DNA of 64,000 nucleotides from a virus: IMG/VR virus record IMGVR_UViG_3300044716_000844, positions 1 to 64,000 of that record; one strand, 5' to 3'. Shown piece by piece: positions 59,672 to 64,000 of this stretch (position 1 is its first letter; each line of letters starts with the position of its first letter). The notes under the pieces were generated by a model. It saw only the letters and a program-made list of their open reading frames with translations, ran no database searches and was not told where the DNA came from. The position numbers and the translations under genes were made by a program.

Positions 59672-60232
59672 ATGACCCTTACACCGAGAAAAAAGCGGAA
59701 CTATGTGAACAACGCAGAGTTCCTTGAAGCAATGATCAAGTACAAAAAGGCTGTACGAGAGGCAGAAGACAGTGGCGAAGAACCACCTCGCATTCCAAAC
59801 TACATTGGTGAATGCCTCTATCAAATTGCTAACAGATTAGCATATAAGCCAAACTTCATTAACTACACATACCGTGACGACATGATCGCTGATGGTCTTG
59901 AAAATGCGATCATGTGTGTTAACAACTTTGATCCAGAGAAGTCGAGCAACCCATTTGCGTACTTCACTCAGGTCATTTGGTTCGCATTCATCCGTCGTAT
60001 TCATAAGGAAAAGAAGCAAACCTATATTCGCCATAAAGTTATGGAAAACTCCCTCATTTCTGATACTGCCTTTGAACGCGGTGTTGATAGTGACTTCAAT
60101 GCTGCTTCCATGCGAGAGATGACAAACGACCGCATGAATGACTTTGTTGAAAAGTATGAAGCCAACATTCAAAGCAAAAAGAAGCCATCAGCAAAGAAAA
60201 AGGGTCTTGAGAAGTTTATGGGTGAAGAATGA
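59672..60232 (+). CDS. gp55: Late-transcription sigma factor gp55
   Basis: NYVNNAEFL; PNFINYTYRDDMIADG; NPFAYFTQ..WFAFIRRI.KEKKQ. Confidence 0.95.
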   Translation: MTLTPRKKRNYVNNAEFLEAMIKYKKAVREAEDSGEEPPRIPNYIGECLYQIANRLAYKPNFINYTYRDDMIADGLENAIMCVNNFDPEKSSNPFAYFTQVIWFAFIRRIHKEKKQTYIRHKVMENSLISDTAFERGVDSDFNAASMREMTNDRMNDFVEKYEANIQSKKKPSAKKKGLEKFMGEE

Positions 60233-61290
60233 AAGTAGCGGTTATTACTGACCAACACTTCGGAGTTCGAGGTGATAGTATCATATTCCTCGATTACTAC
60301 GAAAAATTCTATCGTGATGTATTCTTTCCTGCACTTGAAGCCCGTGGAATCGATACTGTTCTAGATCTTGGTGATACCTTCGATCGTCGTAAGTATGTTA
60401 ACTTTGTTACGCTTCGCCGTGCTAAACAGATGTACTTCACACCACTCAAGGAGCGTGGCATCACCGTTCATTCAGTAGTAGGTAACCACACTACCTATTT
60501 TAAGAATACGAACGAGATCAACACAATGGAACTACTACTCAAGGAGTATGACAACTATCATGTTTACACTCATGAGCCCGTTACTGTTACTCTTGGAAGT
60601 TGCGATATTCTGTTATCGCCTTGGATCTGCCCCAGCAACGCAGAAGTTTCTTTCAAAACTTTTAAGGAAACGACAGCAAAAATAGTAATGGGTCACTTTG
60701 AGTTTGCTGGATTCGAGATGATGAAAGGTCAAGTATCTGATCATGGTCTAGAACGTAGCGAATTCAAGAAGTTCCTTGCAGTATACTCAGGCCACTATCA
60801 CCACCCGTCAAGCCACGAGAACATCACATACCTTGGTGCTCCATATGAGATGACCTGGACTGACTACGCAGGTAAGCGTGGATTCCACATCTTCGACACT
60901 GAGACCCTTGAGATGGAGTTCATTGCTAATCCGTTCTCTATCTTCCACAAACTGGATTATGATGATGCTGACCTCACTGTAGAAGATATTGAGTCTCTTG
61001 ATGTTTCTATGTTGACATCTGCCTACGTTAAGGTTATAGTTAAGAAGAAGAACAATCCATACATCTTCGACTTGTTTATAGACAAGTTACAATCTGCAGG
61101 TGCAGCTGACATCAAGGTAGTCGAAGACCATTTGAACTTCGACATCATAGATGAAGGTGAACTCGTGGATGAAGCACAGGATACTTTGTCTCTACTTCGT
61201 GTGTATGTAGATAGTCTAGAAGTCAAAACAAACAAAGAACGAATCAATACGTTTTTGCGTGATCTTTACCAGGAAGCAGTGAGTCTTTAA
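60229..61290 (+). CDS. gp47: Recombination endonuclease subunit gp47 (Mre11/SbcD-like)
   Basis: ITDQHFG; LGDTFDRR; VGNH; SGHYH. Confidence 0.95.
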   Translation: MKVAVITDQHFGVRGDSIIFLDYYEKFYRDVFFPALEARGIDTVLDLGDTFDRRKYVNFVTLRRAKQMYFTPLKERGITVHSVVGNHTTYFKNTNEINTMELLLKEYDNYHVYTHEPVTVTLGSCDILLSPWICPSNAEVSFKTFKETTAKIVMGHFEFAGFEMMKGQVSDHGLERSEFKKFLAVYSGHYHHPSSHENITYLGAPYEMTWTDYAGKRGFHIFDTETLEMEFIANPFSIFHKLDYDDADLTVEDIESLDVSMLTSAYVKVIVKKKNNPYIFDLFIDKLQSAGAADIKVVEDHLNFDIIDEGELVDEAQDTLSLLRVYVDSLEVKTNKERINTFLRDLYQEAVSL

Positions 61291-62999
61291 TGTTAACATT
61301 TACCCAAGTAAAATATAAAAACATTCTGTCGACAGGTAATGCTTGGACTACTATTGAGCTTAACCGTAACAAAAGTACTTTGATCGTCGGCGAGAATGGT
61401 GCAGGAAAGTCGACCATTCTCGATGCAATTTCATTTGCGTTGTATGGTAAAGCGTTTCGTAAGATTAACAAACCACAGCTCATGAACTCTATCAACCAGA
61501 GAGATCTTTCAGTTGAAGTTTACTTTCAATCGAACGGCGCTGAGTTTGTTATCAAGCGGGGTATGAAGCCAAATCTCTTTGAGATCTGGAAGAACGGCGA
61601 GTTACTCAACCAAGATGCTTCTGCTCGTGACTACCAAGCTTATCTTGAAGATAGCATTCTCAAGATGAACTACAAGTCATTCGGTCAAGTTGTCGTTCTT
61701 GGCAGTTCCACCTTTGTCCCATTCATGCAACTTCCGGCTCAACACCGTCGTGAAGTGATCGAAGACCTTCTTGATATTCAGATCTTCAGCACAATGAATA
61801 ACCTTCTCAAAGAAAAGGTGAACACAAACAAATCTGACCTGGTGCAGATCAAATACGATGTTGATCTTGTAAAGACGAAGATTGATTCTGCGAAGGAACA
61901 CAACGAGTCTATTCGTAAGCTGAAAGAAAGCGAAGTGTCTCGTATTAAGACGAAGATGCAAGAACGCTTCGAGTTTATTGACGGCGAAGAAAGCAGAGCT
62001 GAAGAACTTGAAGAGCAGATAACCGCTCTCATCGGAACAATCTCTGATAAAGCTGAAGCATCTAGCAAACTTCAGCAGTTTAAGACTCTCAGAGGCGATC
62101 TGAATACGAAGCTTGGTACTCTTCATAAAGACGTCAAGTTCTATCATGCGCATGACAATTGTCCAACATGCCGGCAAGGAATCGAGCACGACTTTAAAGC
62201 ATCAACCATCAACGAGAAGTCTGGAAAAATTTCTGAGATCGAAAACGCCATTCTAGTTCTTGATGACAAAGCAGCGAAAGTCGAAGAACGGTTGTCCAAT
62301 ATTGCTAATACTGAGACTGAAATACATAAACTCAGTCTCGCAAGGAATGAGCATACCGCGAACATACGAATCGCAAAGTCAACGATTGTTGGACTTAAAA
62401 AAGAACTCGATGAAGCAGAAAAGAACGTTGCTGAAATCGATACAAGTAAGATCGTTGGATACAAGGAAGAGCTAAAAATTCTTATGGATAAGGCGAAAGA
62501 CCTTTCTGAAGACAAAGAGACTCTTGCTGTGGTTGGGTCTATGCTAAAAGACGGCGGTATCAAGACTCGTATCATCAAGCAGTACGTTCCTATCATGAAT
62601 AAGCTGATCAATAAATATCTCGCAGCAATGGAGTTCTTTGTTGACTTTCAGCTCGATGAAAGCTTTAACGAGAAGATCTTGTCTCGTTTCCGCGATGAGT
62701 TCTCCTATGCTTCTTTTAGTGAAGGTGAAAAGCTTCGTATTGACTTGGCTTTGATGTTTACGTGGCGTGCAGTATCTAAGCTTCGTAACTCAGTGACTAC
62801 AAATCTGTTGATTATGGACGAAGTTCTCGACGGTTCTCTTGACCAAGCTGGTACCGATGAGTTCCTAAAGATCGTCAACGAGATTACTGCTGACTCGAAC
62901 GTCTTCATCATCAGCCACAAAGGCGACTCTCTTCACGATAAGTTTGATCATGTGATTAAGTTTGAAAAGAAAAAGAACTTTAGCCAGATAGCAGCATGA
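61290..62999 (+). CDS. gp46: Recombination ATPase subunit gp46 (Rad50/SbcC-like)
   Basis: GENGAGKST; CPTC hook; FSEGEK; LIMDEVLDGSLD. Confidence 0.96.
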   Translation: MLTFTQVKYKNILSTGNAWTTIELNRNKSTLIVGENGAGKSTILDAISFALYGKAFRKINKPQLMNSINQRDLSVEVYFQSNGAEFVIKRGMKPNLFEIWKNGELLNQDASARDYQAYLEDSILKMNYKSFGQVVVLGSSTFVPFMQLPAQHRREVIEDLLDIQIFSTMNNLLKEKVNTNKSDLVQIKYDVDLVKTKIDSAKEHNESIRKLKESEVSRIKTKMQERFEFIDGEESRAEELEEQITALIGTISDKAEASSKLQQFKTLRGDLNTKLGTLHKDVKFYHAHDNCPTCRQGIEHDFKASTINEKSGKISEIENAILVLDDKAAKVEERLSNIANTETEIHKLSLARNEHTANIRIAKSTIVGLKKELDEAEKNVAEIDTSKIVGYKEELKILMDKAKDLSEDKETLAVVGSMLKDGGIKTRIIKQYVPIMNKLINKYLAAMEFFVDFQLDESFNEKILSRFRDEFSYASFSEGEKLRIDLALMFTWRAVSKLRNSVTTNLLIMDEVLDGSLDQAGTDEFLKIVNEITADSNVFIISHKGDSLHDKFDHVIKFEKKKNFSQIAA

Positions 63000-63006
63000 G
63001 GGTAGC

Positions 63007-63156
63007 ATGTCGAGGAAACATCTTGAAGAAGAACTCAAAAAAATCGCAGATCGTATTATAGTCCTCGAATCTGAGAAGGTAGATGAGAAATATATTAAGC
63101 CGCTTTATACTGAGCGGTCAAAAATGATTCAAAAGTGGTGGGAGATTGATGAATAG
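63007..63156 (+). CDS. Small 49-aa hypothetical protein (not in ORF track)
   Basis: MSRKHLEEELKK...KWWEIDE* after a GAGG RBS. Confidence 0.5.
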   Translation: MSRKHLEEELKKIADRIIVLESEKVDEKYIKPLYTERSKMIQKWWEIDE

Positions 63157-63850
63157 ATTTATTTTTGATGTTGATGGTACACTTACACCATCTCGTGATG
63201 TGATTGACCCTATCTTTAAGACTTGGTTTCTACGATTTTGTTCGAACAACCCAGTCTATATCGTAACCGGAAGCGATAAGGCAAAGACTATTGAGCAAAT
63301 CGGGCAAGACGTATGGGACGCTTGTGCTCGAGTGTATCAATGTTCAGGTAACGATGTATGGGAAAACGGTGAAAGCATTCGAGTTAACTCGTTTGAACCT
63401 ACGGACGACATGAACAAGTTCTTCTCAATTTGGCTTAACTTAAGTAACTACAAGATAAGAACTGGACAACATGTAGATGTACGTCCAGGTCTGATTAACT
63501 TCAGTATCATCGGCCGCGGAGCCACAAAGGGCGAACGAGCCGATTATGTAAAATACGATGAAGAGAACGGTGATCGCCGTACTATCGCTGAAGCATTCAA
63601 TAACTACTTTAGACCTGGTTACGTTGCTCAGGTGGCTGGTGAGACGGGTATCGATATTATGAGAGCCGGAGAAGATAAGTCACAGATCATTCGTGACTTT
63701 ACTTCAGGCGATAGACTACACTTCTTTGGTGATAAGATTATGCCTGGCGGTAATGATTACACCCTTGCGGCTGAAGTAATTAAAAGAAGTGGAAGTGTTT
63801 ATAGTGTAAGAGATTGGAGAGAGACATGGCAGCACCTGAAAAGATCATAG
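63149..63850 (+). CDS. HAD-IIB hydrolase, eukaryotic-type phosphomannomutase-like
   Basis: FDVDGTLT; VTGSD; INFSIIGR; FFGDKIMPGGNDY. Confidence 0.8.
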   Translation: MNRFIFDVDGTLTPSRDVIDPIFKTWFLRFCSNNPVYIVTGSDKAKTIEQIGQDVWDACARVYQCSGNDVWENGESIRVNSFEPTDDMNKFFSIWLNLSNYKIRTGQHVDVRPGLINFSIIGRGATKGERADYVKYDEENGDRRTIAEAFNNYFRPGYVAQVAGETGIDIMRAGEDKSQIIRDFTSGDRLHFFGDKIMPGGNDYTLAAEVIKRSGSVYSVRDWRETWQHLKRS

Positions 63851-64000
63851 GATTTACTGCATCAACGTTTGACCTTCTTCATGCTGGTCATATCTCAATG
63901 CTGCGTGAAGCAAAAGAGCACTGTACCTATCTTATCGCTGCTTTGCAGGTAGATCCGTCTATCGACCGCAAAGAGAAGAACAAACCGGTTCAAACACTCG
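63826..64000 (+). CDS. Cytidylyltransferase (TagD/glycerol-3-phosphate type), 3' truncated
   Basis: Manual translation MAAPEKIIGFTASTFDLLHAGHISMLREAK...LQVDPSIDR.EKNKPVQ contains the HxGH motif. Confidence 0.8.
   Translation, partial: MAAPEKIIGFTASTFDLLHAGHISMLREAKEHCTYLIAALQVDPSIDRKEKNKPVQTL

Noticed and set aside
578-62920. Many minus-strand and alternate-frame ORFs in the ORF track
   Set aside because: They lie inside long, motif-bearing plus-strand genes, have no recognisable motifs, and are expected shadows of T/A/G/V-rich codons.
46290-62999. Introns, inteins or homing endonucleases in core genes
   Set aside because: gp17, gp20, gp23, uvsW, gp47 and gp46 are uninterrupted and of ordinary length; no HNH, GIY-YIG or LAGLIDADG ORF was recognised.
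1-64000. Stop-codon reassignment or tRNA genes
   Set aside because: Genes are intact and densely packed under the standard code; intergenic gaps are short and no cloverleaf was recognised by eye.

Overview
A 64-kb segment of a large T4-like myophage genome; all supportable genes are on the + strand. In order: the 3' end of a large VrlC/DUF4815-type structural gene, then a 1819-aa tail-fibre-like protein with a C-terminal Peptidase_G2-type chaperone. Next is a tightly overlapping ~12.3-kb enzyme cluster (9051-21385) with six radical SAM proteins (five with SPASM-like Cys tails, one cobalamin-dependent), four cupin/2OG-Fe(II) oxygenases and four unknown proteins. It also holds a 216-aa structural-looking protein ending in CHASCHANCHSSRGRR. 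A long array of modular fibre/adhesin genes follows (21447-43548), including a gp38-like Gly-rich adhesin, another 2OG oxygenase, a sulfotransferase-like gene and a fibre chaperone. The window ends with the T4 core (gp13-gp23, gp3, uvsY, uvsW, gp55, gp47, gp46), a HAD/PMM-like gene and a truncated cytidylyltransferase. T4 late promoters (TATAAATA), a cUUCGg terminator and sigma70 promoters are visible. The best candidate for an undescribed system is the phage-encoded, RiPP-like radical SAM/oxygenase cluster inside the virion module, which may modify the Cys-His tail of a virion protein. All functional calls come from reading motifs by eye; no database searches were run.
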